Source: Lama guanicoe (Eukaryota). Taken from it: 64,000 bases of DNA. This document shows positions 25,801 to 40,800 of the stretch, in pieces. The translations under genes were made by a program, and so were the position numbers. The notes beneath the pieces are model-generated. The model searched no databases. It was given only the letters and a program-made list of their open reading frames with translations, and was not told the origin of the DNA. Each line of letters begins with the position of its first letter. Within the stretch, counting starts at the first letter, position 1. The stretch covers positions 6,345,824 to 6,409,823 of the forward strand of contig MU054391.1 in the NCBI GenBank assembly GCA_013239625.1, read 5' to 3'.

Positions 25801-28800
25801 AATTTTTCATCTTTTCTTCTGGTATTTAACCATTAAAAAAGAAAACAGAAATTTGCTGTTTTCTATTAAAAGTGTGCTTTAATGATATAATGTGGGGAAA
25901 TGGACTTTACTTTTAAAAATCAGATTTTTGAGGGGGAGGGTATAGCTCAAGTCATGAGTACATGCTTACCATGCATGAGGTCCTGGGTTCAATCCTCAGT
26001 ACCTCTTCTATAAACAAACAAACAAACAAACCTAACTACTGCCCATCCTTCCCCCCAAAAAACTTAAAACAAATAAAATTAAAATTAGATTTTTAATTTT
26101 AACAACCAGATTTCATCACTGCTTTCTGTTTCAATAACCAACAGCAAAACCAACATTCAATAGTTCCTTCTTAACCTATGTTTTATATGATATGTAACAG
26201 GTTGAACAACCCCAAATCATATTTCTGAAGTCACTTTCCTCACTCACACCTATGATTCTGTCACAACCTTTTCAGTATATCTTTATTTTGCTCAATATCA
26301 CATTCCTCCTAAAAGCTACATAGAAGCCCTGGTCTGTACAATGCTAAGTATAAATACTCTTCGCCACTGGACCCATTCCATTTTACTCATTGCAAGAAAG
26401 TATTACAGTAATAATCAGCTGGACATCTATTACGTACCAGGTACCATAAGAATGACTGAAAAAGTGTATTTATCGCACACAGCTGCCTTATACCCTTCTT
26501 TCTTTACAGCTCAAGAAACTAAGGCTCAGATAGGAAAAGTAACTTAACTCAAGGTCACAAAGTTTACAAGTGGCAAAATTAGTACTCAAACTCAGGTCAG
26601 ACTAATTTCAAAATTCTTTTCATAAACAACATGGAATGAAGAAATGCCTTCAAGATACAGTTCTGTGACTGACTTGTCACTGACCTTGAGCCAATGACTT
26701 GATTCCTCTGCTATAAACTAAGGGGCTGCATCAGATGACCTCAAAATCCCCTTCCTGCTCTAGTGTTCTGTGCTTCAAAAGCCTCCCCTGCTCCTTCACG
26801 GCATGTTAAAAAACGCTTTATCGTGGAAGACATTTCAGCAACCATCTGTCTCGTATACGTTGTGTCTTGTACATCCTTTGCATGTTGGCAAATTTCCCAG
26901 AGGACAGTTTTCTTTGCATCTGGTTCTACTTCCCTAAACCAAGAGAATATGTTGCCACTGGCAATATATGTAGGAATTTCTAGTAAAATTACTTCTGTCA
27001 CTAGGTCTAACAGCTCTCTGTTTAAATGAGCATTTTAAAGGAAAACATGGTCAATCACTTTCAGGATTCTACATGGACACTAATATATGCAGGGCCATCT
27101 CCATATACACTAGTGGGCCGAAGAGATCTCACAACTGGGGAATCTCTGGTGTCAAACTGGTAAACACAAAGCCTTCAGTATTGGTTCTGAATCTAAGTGG
27201 ATCAACTGAACTGATCATGGTCCAGATTCAAAGGCAAGTCTTAGGGAGCAGCAGGCATGGCACTTCCAGGGGCATCAGCTTAAAAAGTACGGGAAGAAAA
27301 ACGATGGCATGGTTTCCAGTCTTTAAAACAGACAAGTCCATCCTATCCTAGAGGCAAAGCCAACTTTTGCACGAATTTCAAAAGTGGTACAACAAAAGCT
27401 AAATGTCCTTACTTTCATATTTTTCTAGGAAAGAGTTCATCCTCGGAGCAGCACCACTATTAAACCTTTTGGACAGGCATTTCTTTTAGAAATCTGTCAG
27501 CACACCCAAACACAAAGACTGCATCTCCCCAAGATTCTCTGATCTTGCTGATTAGAACAAATCGTCAGAGCGAAGGAACCGACCCTTATCTTACTGTATT
27601 AAAATCATATTCTGGCACTTTTGAGTCACGATCTCCACTTGTTTACTTCACTAGCAGAAAAAGACCAGTGCTAAATTCAAATGTGGTATAAGAACAGCTA
27701 AAAAGCATTGCAGACCAGCTACTGTCAAAATATATAACCATTATCAAAGATTCTTCAAATTATGGTTATCAGATTACTCTCATATGTTTTTATTTTATTA
27801 ATTTCTCAGCACATAATAATCGAATATCTACAGTGTAATAGGCAGTTTTAGGTGCTGAGGATATAACAATGAAAAGAACAAAACAATATCCCTGTGTCCA
27901 TGTTTTATACTGGGACAAGGATATACATTTATTTACTTATTTATAAATTTATTAATTTATTTATATATAAACTTATAAATAACAAATAAACATAAGGAAA
28001 AGTCTGTGCTTCAGTAGAAGGCTATGCATAATCTAGAATGGGAGTGGTCCACAAACTTTTTCTTAAATGACCAGGTGAAGATTTTAGGGCTTCCAGACCA
28101 CAGGGTCTTTCTCTGTCACAACTACTCAACTCTGTCTTTTTAGTCAGAAAGTGCCACAGACAATACATAATAAATGAATGGGCGCACTGTGTTCTAATAA
28201 AACTTTTACTCACAAAACAGGGACCTGGTGTCTAGTTAGATGTCCAGTCAACTTGCCAACCCCCTGGTCTAGAGCACACTTTTACAAGACTATTTGATTC
28301 TGATTCTACGGGACGTACTTCACAACTCTGTAGTCAGTAACTGACAGCAATGCAGGATCAGTGTCTACAGTCATGCAAATGAACTCTGTCTTGACATACC
28401 TTTGGAAAAGCCAATCGATGTCCATGTGCACACTCCCAGTATAACATAAGTCTGTGCTATTTTAACTTCACCTTTGAAGACATGTGCCTGATTCCCTTAT
28501 TAAATAGGTTAAGTGAAATTTTTACCACATGTTTATTTGTTATCTATGTGAAAGTCATGATTTCACCTTTCTTTTTGAAAATTACCCATTAACAGTTTTG
28601 GAGATCTCACCAAGATGGCCAGTGGATCCACCTGACAGCTTCAGGTGAGCTTCATGTCCAGAGGAGCACCCCCCGCACAGGTTGATGGAGCCAGGTGTGG
28701 CACTGTGCCTTGGCTCCAGATGAATCCAAAAAGGCAGCCAAACGTTTCTGACTCTGTTTTTCTAATTTTCCTCTCTACTAATTTCGTGTTTTGGTTTTGG

Positions 28801-31800
28801 CTAATTCACAATCTAGAAGTTACTTTCCCTTGCTGGCAGCACTGCCTGGGGATTTGGGTTCAAGCTCTGACCATTTGGTGATCCCTGTGAATGGACACAT
28901 CGTTTACAGAGATCTACTCTCTGACCAGTGAGAGAAAATGGAGACTTCTGTGTTTTAGTCTTTTCCTGTTTGTAGAACATTTTAAGTTATGACAGGAGTT
29001 AAGATGTTGTGCTAAGCAAAATGATAAGCCTTAGAAGGTTTTGAGGAGAAGAGTGATGTATTCTGATTTGTCTTGTTTTTATTTTTGTATTTTAAAGGAA
29101 TCTGGCTGTCGTGTGTAAAACAGAATGGGGCATCTTTTACTTTCACTTTTTGTAAAGTAAAAGTAAAGATCAGTTAAGTAAAAGTAAAGTAAAAGAACGA
29201 TCAGTTAAGAGGCCATTATGGTCATCTGGATGAGCAGTAGGAGCAGAAGTACTGGGAAATGTCTGGATTTGAACCAATATTAGAAAGAACTGATGCAACT
29301 TACTGAAGGACTGGATGAGGAGGCATGAGGTAGCAGTGGGGAGGAAACACGGTGGCTCCTGTGCTCTGAGCCTAGATTACTGGATGGATGATGGTGCCTC
29401 TGCTAAAATGGGAGGTGGACGGGGTTGGGGGGTGGGGAGCTGGGATCAAGAATTCTGTTGTGGACGAATTAAATATAATGTGTCTATTAGACATCCAAGT
29501 GGAGGAGCCCAGTAGACCAGTGGGTATATAACTGTAGCTCCAAGGGGAAGGGAAGGCTGGAGACAAATTCGGAAGTCATCAGCACATGGGTCTTACAGAG
29601 CTTGGGGACAGATGAGCTCCTTGGGGAGAGAATTCAAACAAAAGCAACAAGGACTAAGCCCCAGGGCTCACTAACATTTGGGTCAAGGGGAGAGAGCTGA
29701 GGCCCAAGCCCTGCCCAAGCCAGCAGAAGAAGCCAACAAAGACAACCAAACAGAAGGGCCAATCAGCCAATGGGAAGAAAACCAGGAGAATGTGGTGTCC
29801 CAGGAGCCAGACACAGCATTTCAAGCAGGCCTGGTCAACTGTGTCAATTGTTGCCTAGAGATAAAGTTAAAATATGTGCAGATGGAATGTACTTTAGAAA
29901 AGGCGCCTGACTGTACAATTGACTTGCAAGGAAAAGCAGAACTTTCTCTGTTGGCCAAAATTCTGTTTATTTGCATTCTTTCTAGACATTGTGAGACACA
30001 CTTGTCATTCCCCATTTTGTCCTCGGGTATGTAGTATGATCATAAAACAAGACCAGATCTCTAATCCTAAACTTTAAAATTAAAGTGGGGAAGATAATAT
30101 CCATAAAAATAAGAGACACAAAAAAGGGGACTGGTGGTCAGTACCTGACCCTTGGCTGCCCTAACCATCTTCCTGCCACAGCACTTGCTCTGTCCCCGCG
30201 GCTCTCACAGCAGCAGATCTGTCCATCATCAACCTCCACCCCACACCCCATCTGTAACTCGCAGGAAGGGTATTAAGACTTTTATTCATCAACATATCCC
30301 CAGTTCCTGCACAGAGCCCACTACTGCCTTGCTGAATAAGTAACAGCACTTGCTGGTCCCCTACATTTACTTTTTAAAAGCAGGAGAAGACAAAAATATT
30401 CATCAGCGTAAGAGCAAAGAAGTCATCCACCTAAGAATTTAAGCATTTATTTTTAAGATACTGTCAAATTTAATGTTAAACTATAATGACATATTTACAA
30501 GTTAAACGGCTGATAAATATGTTACCTTCTTAAGAGGTGAAGGTAAAGAACAGCTGTTAGAAAGCACTGTATGGCTATATTCTTAAGCCTTCTGGAAAAT
30601 TATGCCAAACCATATCTGAGCAGTTATATTTGAAATACTAGAATTGAAAAAAAGATGCCATCTCAGAGGGAGACCACATAATGGAAGATCAAAAAGTATC
30701 CAGAACTACCTTGATAAAAGACAGTCTAATACAGTGGCTGAGTTCAGAACAAGACCAACAAATTCAATTCACCACAGACAGAGCAGTCAAGTTGTTCATA
30801 CCTAAGTACCTTTTAGTCACAAAAGCCCATAGAGAAAAAAATACTGATGAAAAGACTATGATACTCATTTTTAACTCTTTACTGAGCAAAAAACCCAAAA
30901 TTTGCCCAAATGAAAAACATCCACATATTTACTAAAAAATTTTCATGGCACTTGCTGTAAAACTGACTTTCAGACGCTATAAATTTATTTCAAAAGCACC
31001 TCTCTGACTACCCCTCAAACCATGCAGCCTTTACTGACCTCTTGCCCCCTTGAGGACTGAAGCACATGTGTTTGACCTACACCAGACTAAACCCCCATGA
31101 AGACAGCAGCAAATGAGCCCAGTGATGGTAAGTGAAGACCTGGGCTCCGTTGCAGACCTTTCAGGTTGGTGAGTGGTAACTCACTGGAGTTAAGAAACTT
31201 ATAGACATTCATTAAACTGAATTTTTCATTACATTTCATAAAATTTGACTAAATTTCACTGATTTTTTTTGCACTTCCTTTGGCTTTACATGCCTTTGTG
31301 AGGATATGTGTGTTGTGTTACAATTAAGTGAAGCAAGTATTCTTGAGGTTATATGCTTCTTAATATGTACCATCCCTATTTGCAAAGGTAGTCTTGTAGG
31401 TTTTACATGTTATGCTGGATAAGTTTAAGTGCTATTTCCTAAGAGAAACAGAAGCAGTCGTGCAGGTTCAATAACCCTTTACATTTTTAACTCTGCCCTA
31501 TCTGTGGTACTCCAGCTCCAAAAGCACTTTCCAAATTTAAAATATAATTTTAAATTAAATAATAAATGTTAAACTATTTAGTTAATACATTTTGTTGATT
31601 CTCTATAAAGAATAAAAACATTGCAACAGAAACAACATAAGTAATTTTTTTCCCCAAGAAAATGTTTTAAAATAAAATAATCTAACTGCCAATATTGAAA
31701 GTTAGGTTCAGTGACATTGCATATTATCTTTATAGTGGCTTAAATTTACATGTTAAAAAAAAAAAGAAAAAAAGAAAACCAAGCCATATATCCTTAATCA

Positions 31801-34800
31801 ACTGACTTTTACTCTAATTCAAATAACTTCCTAAACAAGTAATAATTATCTTTTCCTCAAGTTTACACATCCATACATATTATCAAGCACACAAGCAATC
31901 AGCCGCCTGGTGATGAGTGGTTTTGGGCGCTCGCTGACCCACAGTGGGCTTGGAAGTCAGGAGCATTTCCAACAGAAACGCTGTGAGGCACACTGGCAGG
32001 ATCCAGGCTGGGTGCCACAGGACCTGGATCTCCTCTGGTGTCTGCATAGTTGTGAAAGGTGTTAATGCTGAAGAACTAATCTACGATTAAATTACATTCT
32101 ATCTAGAGAAAACCAAACTTAAAAAACTATTTCTGGCATTTTGAAAAAGCAAGTAAACAAACAAAATAACAGATTCTGGCCTCTAAGAGGGGAAAAAAGA
32201 AAGAATTGAGAAAATGGGGAAAAGGCTGGAGAAAATCCATTTGGCCATCAAAGACTAGCTTGCTATGGGGATATGTAGGTAGCAGAGAGTCGGTAAATCA
32301 GGAATTGCATTTAATCCAAAAAGATTTCAAGTATTCAAGAAAGATGGCATCAGACAGAAAGGCAAAAATTAACAAGCCAAAAGAACATTAAGCTGTCTTC
32401 ATTTTTAGTACTGCCCCAAAGCAGGGAACACAGAAGTTTCATACCTGATTCGTAAGATGATAATACAAATCACAGTCCAAGACCCTAGCTTCGGCATGGA
32501 TTATATATTCAACACACACATCTCTGGTTCTACAGGCCTCAAATGAACCTCTGTGTCAGCCTGGTGGATGTGATAAAATCTTAGGAAAATGGCAGGCTTT
32601 CAGACCCCTGGGCTCTCTCTGTTTTGAAGGAGTATCACAAAGAGTAGGTTCCAAGCAAACACAAGCAGCACTTTAGTAAACATCTCTCCGCGCAAGGCAG
32701 CAGGGCAGAAAGACAGGTCAGGAGGGAATCCCTAGGTACCAGCTGCAGCACAGTGCTTAGCTGAGCAAGAAGAACATCTGCGCTTACTGTCCACACACGC
32801 GCGGTCATCTGGGAGCAGTTTCTGGATTTTTTTCCACAGCTCTCTGTTAAATCTGAGTTATAGGGTTGAAACTAAAAAGATCCTATGAGATAAGCTAACA
32901 TTTGTCAAGAAGGCAGTTTCTCACCGCCTGTTAACTGAAGAAACCAGAATGTAAATTTGTATAAAAAAGATGACTTCACACATATAACATTATAAGCATA
33001 TATGAAAGGCAGTATATCCAAGTAAATATTTGTAATGCTTATAAGATTACCAAGGTGGGGTTGGTTCATCAGTTGTACCAAATATGCCACACTGATGAGG
33101 GATGTTGAGGTGGGGAGGGCTACATGCGAACTCTGTATTTTCTGCTCAGTTCTGCTATGAACCTGAAACTGCTCTAAAAGAATAAAGTCTATTAAAAAAA
33201 CAATTAAAAAAAAAGATGATCAAGGTGGGAATGAGTGGTTTTTATTTTCTTATTCTTCGCAATACTTAGAACAGGAATATGCAGACACTGTTCGCATAAT
33301 AAAATTTTGTTTGTTCCTTTTAAAGATCATTTTATAAAATGCAGAACATAATACCAAAGGGAAAATATGCTTAATACTCCCCTTTCTCCTCCTGGATCCA
33401 AGGAGTGACCTCCTCGTCCACACATTTATCATGCAGGAAGCAGGTTGTCATCTTTGGTTCTTTCCTCTCCCTTATTTCCCACATCCAATCCATTACCAGG
33501 TCGATCTTACAACCTTAATAATCCTTCTATTCTTTCCAACCTCTGCCACCATCTTGGCACAAGCTGATAAGATGACCTTACTGCAAAAGTACTCAGAACT
33601 GCCCTGCCCAGCTCCACACCAAGGGGCTCTCAGCCTGCGGCTCCTGTCAGTGAAGCAGACCCCGAGACAGCCTCCCCGCTCTATCCGGCAGTGCTTTCTC
33701 CCTTCCTGCTGGTGGATTCCACGCACTTCTGACATGGGGAAAGGATCTTTGATTCAAGACATCAACATCTTATAGGCAGTAGCTGAAGATCAAAACATAG
33801 CAATAAGCTCTTAAGACAAAAAGAGACCTCTTCCCGAGGAGAAGTAAAGGGTAGGAGTGAGCTGATACATTCTGCCTCTCTTGACATTCCCAAAGGGGCT
33901 GACGCTGGGAGACTATGTCACACAGGACTGAGGGAAGGCACCTGTGACGTACACAAGTCTTCATCAGTGGACACCTCCAAGACATGCCACCTGGCTACTC
34001 AAGGATAACAGGCCTCTGAAATTACTGCCAGCCAGATCAGACCTCTCTAAGATTACCCCAGAATCCCCAGAGCTCCAGCTACTGAAAACGGAGGCCTGGC
34101 ACAGGTACCCGGCACTATCAGCTCTCCTGCAGATTGCTATGGCCTGTTCTTGTTGCTTCCAGGTTAGATCCTATCTAATCCACTCTCCTCATGGCAGCCA
34201 AAGTAATCCTTCAAAAATGCAAATCTGATCATATCACTATCCTGCTTAAAACTCTTCCAGGACAGCCTGCCCTGCACCCCCACCCCTGGCTGCGGAGCTC
34301 ATCCCCGTCCCTCTAGCCCTAAGCTTGGTCGGGTGGAATCCTCCCTCTCTTATCTTTGCACACTATGTTCCTCTACTTCCGAGCTCCTTCTCCCATTCTG
34401 CACCCCACCCTCTTCCTCCAGGATAGAGAACCATCCTTCTGGTCTCTCCTTAGAAATCAGTTCCTCTGAGAAGGTTTCTCCGAGTACCCTCCACACCTCC
34501 CACCAGTTTCCAGTCCCACGATGGGTTAAGTGTCTCTCTTCCTACATGCTCTAATAAAGTACCCTTTCTTACTTCCGTTACAGCATTTAGCACACTGACT
34601 TGAAATCTTCTACTTTCTTGTTTTATTCTCTAATAACGAACTCTTGAAGAAAGGAGCAGTACCCTATACACTGTTATACCGCTAGCCTATAGCACTGTGC
34701 CCGACACACGGCTGATAAAAGCAATAAATATTTGCGATTCAATGAAGACAAGGAAAGACATAAACTGAAAGGAATATGGAAGTGGTATCTGTGAGACTCC

Positions 34801-37800
34801 GAGGAAAAAGGGAAAAAAGGACAATTTAGAAAAACGGAAAAGCTGCTGTTTGAATGGCCTTCATTTCACTATCAACCAGAAGAAACATCTCAAAGTGCTT
34901 TCAACAACATTATCAGTTTCCTGAAACCACAGAAAGTCAACAGCAACAAGAATACTTTTTGGAAATACACACATGGTCGAGCTATCATAAATATGAAGCA
35001 TTTTCATAGCTGGAGGCTAACGGTGATTACAGAGAGCTCACCTCCCTGAAGTTCTGCTCTTCACCACCCACACCTCTTACCCTTTTTCCCCAAATCCTTG
35101 AAAATGGAGATGTCTGCTGACTGTAATCTAATGCCAACTTTGCACTGTGTGCTTTTCTGTTTAGGTAAAGGTAGGGAAGCTTTTGACATACAAGAGAAGA
35201 ATTCTTTAAGAAAGAAAAAAAGGGACAGGACTGTAAATGGCACATCATCACCGATCGTGGCAATCTAACAGATTCTTTCATATGTAGTTTATTTTTATAA
35301 GAAATAAACTACAACGAGATGACTGGGGAAGTACTAGACTTTTATTTAAGAGGGCTAGATCCCTTGATCACTAGTAGCTGAAAGTTTAAGACTCTGAAAC
35401 CCTTTGAAATAAACAAACAAAAAAATGTAACCCTGAAGAATAAAGATGAATTTCTACAATCAAAATTTAATGGGATATTAAGTAGTTTTCCATAAAAGAA
35501 CAGTCAAGCATTATTTTACTGCCTCCTGGAAGCAAAGTGAATTTACAAGTGAACCACTGTGTCTAACTTACATAGCCACATGCAGACCCAGAGTCCCTCA
35601 ATGCAGCCAGTTTAAAAATATAGTGTCTTTGCTTGTTCTATTTTTATCATAACTCCTTTTTGTATTACTTACTGGAACGTAATAGATGCCCATCTTGGGA
35701 GTTTCATTGGCAGTAAGAAGCATTCCTAAAAATAAACACAGTGAAAACAGTAAACACATGGGGAAAGAAAAGTACCCTTTTCTACATGTTTTACATTCTG
35801 AAATGCATGAGGTGCTGAGAACACAGTGTAAGGAAGAAGACCCAGGCTGGCAGCCAGGCACCCTAGGGGTCGGGTCGCGGGCTTCAGTCCCTGATCCTCC
35901 TAGGCGAGGCACCTAAAGTATCAGAAAGACCAGCTTCCCAATCTGCAAAATGCTCGGGGGTACTAGCTAAGTAACTGGGCGGTTCCCACCAGGAAGTGCT
36001 CGGGTCTATATAAAGTTTGCCATCATTTTTAAGGGGGAAAGTTTTATGCTTCAGAATCATAAATATAGTTTTGATGCACTATTTATTATAATAAAAATAA
36101 GGAAGTTAAGAAAGAAAGCCTTCTTTCTGTTAATCAGGAATTAAAGAACCAAGGTAAAGTATTTCCCACAAAATGTCACAGCAAACTAGTTTCTAATGTT
36201 TGAATTAAACTTTACACCCTGATAGAAAACAAAACGACTTAAAGGGAAGGCTACGTGTGTGTAACTACACTAGAAAAGACCTGTAAAGAATCTAACAGCC
36301 CTTACTATACCAAAATGAATCAGTCACAAGGGAACTTTAACAGATTCAACCAAAAGAGTGGTTAGTAATTTAGTCTGGGGATCGGCATTTTAAGAAAGTA
36401 AAAATGAAGTAAAGGGCAAATTTGTGGCATTCAGTAATGGTTTCCTTTTAACCCCAGTAGCAACAGAACATATGAATCCATTATTCGTTGGTACAGAACC
36501 AGAGTATTCAGATGTCTCAGTTTTGTTCTCAGTTCTGTGTCATGTGTGCAAGCCACTCCTCTCCTAAAGTCTCCGAAAGCAGCTCCAATCCTCACAGCCC
36601 GTTCCAGACTGATGCACTTTAAACAACACTGAAACCAGCAACCATTTGAAGAGTCCGTTATCATTTACTAAACACTTTCACATATTTTACTTTAGTGAAC
36701 ACGCAACAACTCTCTGAAGTAAGAAATATTCTTATTTTGTAGATCAAAAAGATAAAGCTCAAATGTACTGAGGGTCCCATCACAAGCTAGAAAATTTTAG
36801 AGCCATAATTCAAACTGAAGAGCTTTCGTTTTTAAGTACCTTTACATATCAACCCAATTTTATTTATTTTTAAAATCTATTTGTAAAATACAATAGAAGA
36901 ATCCACAGAGGGAAGACATTTGGATTATGAGACCATATAATCATAGTTAAATATACTAAATGTTAAGAACAATGATTTGATTCTGTGATTTAAAAGTACT
37001 TTTTGCTGCTCCTCTGTTAAAGCAAAAGCTTGCAAAAGTGATGATATTTAATGCTGTTACGGAAATAAAACGCTGAGATAGACGAGGGCAACTAATAACC
37101 AGAAAGCAGGAAATCAATGCTCTCTCAGCAGAACCACGTTGTGCACATCAGCTCCGAAGTGGGAGCGAGCCCTTAACTGGGACCAACCTCCACCAAAATA
37201 CATACAGCCGATAGTGAAGTCGAGGAAAGTAAGAATGTATATCTAAACTAAAGCAAAAAAAAAGAAAAAATCAGAGACATTTTCATAGCTTGTGGCCTCT
37301 ATAAAATCTCTCCCCTGGACACTTTTGATGACCCTGGAAACAAAAGCTCAGAGGCCGTGATGGGAAGAAACAACTTGTACTGACATGTGTTCCCAAGTTT
37401 CCCTAACGACACTGCCAGAACTCCTCCTAGACCTCTGCACGTGATTAAAGAAGTTCTAGGGACTGAAGAGACAGAGTACCCCCAAAAAGAAGGTTTCTGC
37501 CAAAGACACCCCCTAAGCTCGGCTTCAGAGGCTCAGTCCTGAACACTGAGCAGTGAGCGTTCCACGAGGAAACATGACCAAACCCATCAAACCGACAGAA
37601 AAGGCTCTAATCTAATTACACAGGAGAATTCAGACTGGGTGCAGCAGACTGTTTTCTACAATGGAGGATAGCCGCTGGCCACATATGGACAATGACACAG
37701 GCTGGCCTAAGACCAAACTACAGCAGGGAAGGTCAGGATTGAAACCAACTATAAATGAGAGAAACAAACAACCTCACAAAGCCCAAGGAGTGTGAGAAGT

Positions 37801-40800
37801 TCCTAACAAGAAAGAAGCTGGAAAATCAAACCAGTGAAAGAGTTAGTTCAGCAGAAATTAAGATGATCGCAGGCACAGGAGGAGACTGTGAAGTAACTGT
37901 GCTGGCATGTTACATCCAGAGACAAGAAAGGAGCCCCAGAAAGTCAGATCATTTGCTCAAGGTCACCACACAACTAGTAAGTCAAGTAGCTGATATTTCG
38001 ACTCCAAAGCCCACGTAATACAGGCTCCGAAACTCCAGTAACAGTGGAGACAGAATGAAAAGGCTTCATGCACAATCAAATAAACCATTTAAAAGCACAA
38101 ATATAAAGACCAAAAAGCAACATGAAAAATGCTTTTAATATAATGTCAAGCTAAAAACCAAAAGACATTATACATATGTATGGTGTGAGGACAACAATCT
38201 AAAACACATGAACACATAATTAAAACAACTTCTTTAACGAAAAGAGTAATACTTGTGAAGAGACTCTAGAACTGTGGCTTTTTCCCTTTAAATTTCCTTT
38301 ATGCTGATATTTATTGTGGTTTCAACAATAAAAATATGAACTGTGAAAGAGAAGGCAAAGGTCATCAGCACTGGGAGTCAAGAGAACACACTGTGGTGTG
38401 GAACAGCAGCGCCCAGGAGGCGCTGTGCTGTCTGGTGCAGCCACAGTGCCCCCCCTCCACCACCACCCCAGAAACAGAAACATGCACGGAACAAGTCTCG
38501 CCTGCATGTGCTTCGGAGGCTAAAGGACTCATTGAAGGTCACACTTGAAAAGAAGGAACAAGGCTCTCTGCCGAAGTGTGCTCCCAGGGCCAGTCTGAGA
38601 AATGCCATCGAGCTGGGAGATAAGTGTAGAAACTGAAAGGAAGAGTGTATGTAGAACCCTGTACAGCAATCTGACATTGCAGCGAGATGCAAATGAGTGA
38701 CCCTTTTCCTAGTAATTCACTTTTATTATATTTTACACAAGTATCAATCTGCAATAGATTGGAAATTTAAAGACAAAACAAAAAACAAAACCCTGGTCCC
38801 TCACCAGACACATCTGAGAAGCTCTGTAGGAAAACCCTACGGCATCAGGTCACAGCCTCAAGCAACTCAGAGCAGACAAGCTATGAGAACAGCCCTGTGC
38901 TGGGGGGACAGGATATTGCTTCCCACGTGGTCAACTCCTGATGTAAGTGTGGAGCGTGTGATTTTACTACAGAGGGAGCCAAGGATATTTACAGATGATG
39001 GAAAAGCTTTCTCTCTATACTGAGAGGTGATGGACAGAGAATAGAAGGCTACATCACATCTCACAGTCCAGACAGCAGCCAGCAGCAGCGGAAGGCGGGT
39101 GAGAAGCAGGCTGGGTATAATTATGAAGCCTGAGTTAGGTCTTTCTGAACAGAAATCTCCCGCTCCCGGTGGTTCTGAGACCAGTGATGCTGATTCCCCG
39201 GGTCTCAGGGGGGCTCCCCAAGCACCTCGGGCAGGCTGGGCCTCCCGCAGCGCCCGGACCTGGCTGCCCGATGTGGAGAAGGCTGACTGAGCAAAAAAAG
39301 CAGGAGCTGAAAGGAGCTGGGAAGGCGGAACCATTTCTCAATGTTCTGAGCAGTCTTAGTATCAGAAAAACATGACAGAACAGTCATTGTGATTTGTCTT
39401 TAATTACTCCAAAATGAGTAAGTGAGAAAATAAAAAAAGAACGTTTTAGCTTTTCTAAAATATGATTAAGCTCCTAGTGATTAAGTGAAAACCCTAAAGG
39501 GCAGCCAGTGTCAGAGGGAAAGGAGCGGGAAGCAAGGGGAAGACAGCAGAGCACGCCAAGCAGCCGCGCTTGGCTCCAAAGCCCGAAGCAGCAGTGGAGG
39601 GGCTTGCTTTACTGGGCTCGCTGTCTCATGAAATAAACCTTGAGCAAGTTTTTATGTTTGATTAACTTCGTATAAGTTATTTGACAGTAAAGTCACTCCT
39701 CTGTCCAAAACATCACCCTTAAAATTTCCACCTTCCAGAAAAGTGAACTTTGGAACGAAGAGCTCTCTGGTGGTCACCTAAACAGCGACCACACTCCTCC
39801 CTGGCCCTGGGATGACCGATGCGACCTGATGCGGAGAGCCCAGCAGCCCTGTGCACCACTTCTGGCCAAAATATGTAACCTACGGTGCACTGGGCATTAG
39901 ATTTAACTTCTACTCTGGAAAAATACAGAGGCTGGAGGAACAAGTTAAACCACCATGGAAAACAATCACAGAAATCCATGGGACATCCTACGAGACTATA
40001 GACCTGATCTTGGAAAACTCTGCCATGAAGGAGGAGGGGGGAAAAGGATGGGGGACTATTCTGGATTGAAAGAAACAAAAGACACAACTAAATGTAATAC
40101 ACAACCTTGGTTATAGCCTAATTCCAAAAAATGGACGAAAAAAGGCATCTAGGGGACAATCAGGGAAATCTGAAAATGGACTGAATGAAAGGTAAGACTA
40201 GAGGATGACTGTTTTCCTATTAGGTGGGATAAAAGCATTTTTGATACTAGAAGAACGTCTCTCCTCCGGTGAGATTAAAGCGGCACCTGGTGGAGATGAA
40301 GCTCCACTCAGCCTGTGGCTGACTTTTAATCTGCATCCTAAGCTGTTAAACATGTCCAAGTCTAGACCAGCGCTGCCAAAAAGAAACATCATACAAGCCA
40401 CATATGTGACTTAAAATTTCCTAATAGACACATTAAAATTTTTTAACAGGTAAAATTAATTTTAATATATTTATTATATTTATATTAATATAATAAATAT
40501 ATTTTAATATATTTATTATATTTATATTAATATAATAAATATATTTATTATAGTCCAAAATATTTTCATTTCAATATGTAACTAATATAAAAAATTAATG
40601 ATCTACTTCATTTTGTTTTCAGTGTCTTTGAAATCTGATGTGTATTCTGTACTTAGAGCACATTTCAATTCCGATGAGTCACACTGCAAGTTCTCAGTGG
40701 CCACATGTGGCTGGTGGCCCCAAACAGGTCGAGAACTTCTTTCTCTGATCATTATCTGCACCCTTCAAACTCTCCCTCAATCCAGCCAAACTCTTGTTCC

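Noticed and set aside
28440..28960. Possible LTR end plus ERV internal leader (…TTAACAGTTTTGGAGATCTCACC…)
   Set aside because: Too decayed to define boundaries or a primer-binding site by eye; needs RepeatMasker
31909..31940. C/D-box snoRNA (GTGATGA...CTGA)
   Set aside because: On the strand opposite the host transcript, boxes too close together, no terminal stem
38867..39334. 155-aa minus-strand ORF
   Set aside because: Low-complexity GC-rich intronic sequence; NOL10 exons 12 and 13 already join in frame without it; no protein similarity recognised
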